From: Octopus sinensis
Taxonomy: Eukaryota
Direction: 5' to 3'
DNA length: 64,000 bases
Assembly (NCBI RefSeq): GCF_006345805.1
Contig: NC_043024.1
Span: forward strand, 15,686,001 to 15,750,000
How positions within the stretch are numbered: the first letter of the stretch is position 1; the number at the start of each line of letters is the position of its first letter. Positions 63,501-64,000 of this stretch are shown one piece after another. The translations under genes and the position numbers were made by a program. The notes below the pieces were generated by a model. It made no database searches. It saw only the letters and a program-made list of their open reading frames with translations, and had not been told where the DNA came from.

Positions 63501-64000
63501 GTTATTGGAATATTTTATATATGGATTAATACAGTGTTGCTAATGGCTTCTTGACAAAATTAAAACAAAAACAGATAAGCCCAATTAATTATCAGTCAAT
63601 CAATTAATCAATTTAAAACTTGTGACCTTCAATGATAATCTTCTCTCTTGTGAATTTACAAGATGAGTGGCTGGTTGCCTGTCATGCATGGTGGTTTTGA
63701 AGTGTTACAAAAGCCCAAGGACTCTGTGAAAAGCCCCTCTTAATGATGACATTAAGAATCTTAAGAATTTCAGGAAAAAGAAGAGAAAGAAAGAAAAAGA
63801 GTTTTGTATTGTCTGGTGAAACGAAGAACTTTTATGTGATAGAAAATTACAGCCACCACCACCACCATCATCATCATCATCAGTGTTAGTATCATCACCA
63901 CCACCACCGTCATCATCATCATCAATATCACCACCACCACCATCATAATCATCATCACTCTCACCACCACCATCATTATCATCACCACCGTCACCACCAC

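Noticed and set aside
59230-64000. Next ERG exon (LIGLLKTARLLRLVRV, S4)
   Set aside because: Not found in any frame; it presumably lies beyond the window.

Overview
AT-rich, microsatellite- and SINE-saturated animal genomic DNA. The repeat landscape looks like a coleoid cephalopod, probably Octopus (my recognition, not database-checked). The whole window appears to be intronic and exonic sequence of one + strand ERG-type voltage-gated K+ channel gene (KCNH2/6/7, seizure/unc-103 family). Three solid coding exons (33125-33460, 38773-38975, 58798-59229) splice in frame and match the hERG proximal N-terminus and S1-S3 region. The PAS-domain exons and everything from S4 onward were not found and presumably lie outside the window. 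The intron before the S1-S3 exon holds a well-defined 45-nt in-frame exon (49097-49141) and a weaker candidate for a TATA-driven, hERG1b-like short first exon (56353-56385). The rest is mobile DNA: about six SINE or SINE-like families, 3' remnants of RTE, CR1, Tx1-like and R4/Dong LINEs, mariner and maT remnants, a hAT MITE, Helentron-like elements, a 6-kb cluster of co-oriented old SINE units and a 23-bp minisatellite. There are also several long intronic hairpins or foldbacks and one hammerhead-like motif. I found no clear new multi-gene system. The best leads are ERG N-terminal isoform control and the dsRNA or ribozyme-like structures in its introns.
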